From Harriotta raleighana (Eukaryota): DNA of 64,000 nt. The position numbers were made by a program, and so were the translations under genes. The notes under the pieces were generated by a model. The model saw nothing but the letters and a program-made list of their open reading frames with translations, was not told the DNA's origin and searched no databases. How positions within the stretch are numbered: position 1 is the first letter of the stretch; each line of letters begins with the position of its first letter. Positions 63,610 through 64,000 of the stretch are shown one piece after another. Location: NCBI GenBank assembly GCA_050575255.1, contig JBNZDD010013198.1, positions 7,137 to 71,136 on the forward strand, in the 5' to 3' direction.

Positions 63610-63930
63610 AGCTCATGTGGCTTAGTGGCTAGAGCACTCACCTTACAAACATGAGACGTGTTTTCGAATTCAGGCAGATCAGGGCGAAACCTTGGGCAAG
63701 TTTCCTTACTCCACATGCCTAATAATAATCCCTCAAAAAAAACACAATAATAAAATACTTGGTCATTTAAATCTATGAATCTTTATGGGACACCGCTGTG
63801 TGCAATTGGCTGCCACATTCCGCGCACAAATATACAGTCAAGTCACTTTACAGCATATTCTGTGAAGCACTTTGGAACGTTGATAAGATGTGAAAAGCGC
63901 TATATCAAATGCAAGGGTTGTTATTAATAT
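63610..63930 (+). mobile_element. Same SINE family, full length
   Basis: Head (TAGTGGCTAGAGCAC...TTCGAATTC), core and tail. Confidence 0.85.
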
Positions 63931-64000
63931 AAGATAAGCAACTTTCCACAGTGCCTGAATATCTATTTGCTACTCAAATGGGAAACTGTGCAGCAGAAAA

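Overview
This is vertebrate nuclear DNA. I infer a cartilaginous fish, probably a chimaera, from the Deu-domain SINEs, the CR1/L2 LINEs and the GPR139/142-like receptor paralogues. It is a draft assembly: many single-N joins are flanked by duplicated sequence, and there is one 378-nt gap. Protein-coding content is two intact two-exon class A GPCR genes of the GPR139/GPR142-like type (minus strand 9040-4350, 330 aa; plus strand 55728-61622, 323 aa). Inverted, decayed copies of the second gene lie at 24.7-26.9 kb and 30.3-33.8 kb. Between the genes is a tandemly duplicated tRNA cluster (Pro, Ile, Gln, Phe, Leu, Arg) whose copies are in various states of decay. The most unusual signal is a set of tRNA-Pro(TGG/AGG) genes and one tRNA-Arg(TCG)-type gene carrying introns at the canonical 37/38 position with an intact anticodon-intron pair. 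These isotypes are normally intronless in vertebrates. The rest is CR1, L2, SINE, Penelope-like and hAT-like repeats, plus several unexplained decayed ORF-like segments that may be endogenous viral fragments (speculative). All coordinates and alignments were read by eye, and repeat boundaries are approximate.
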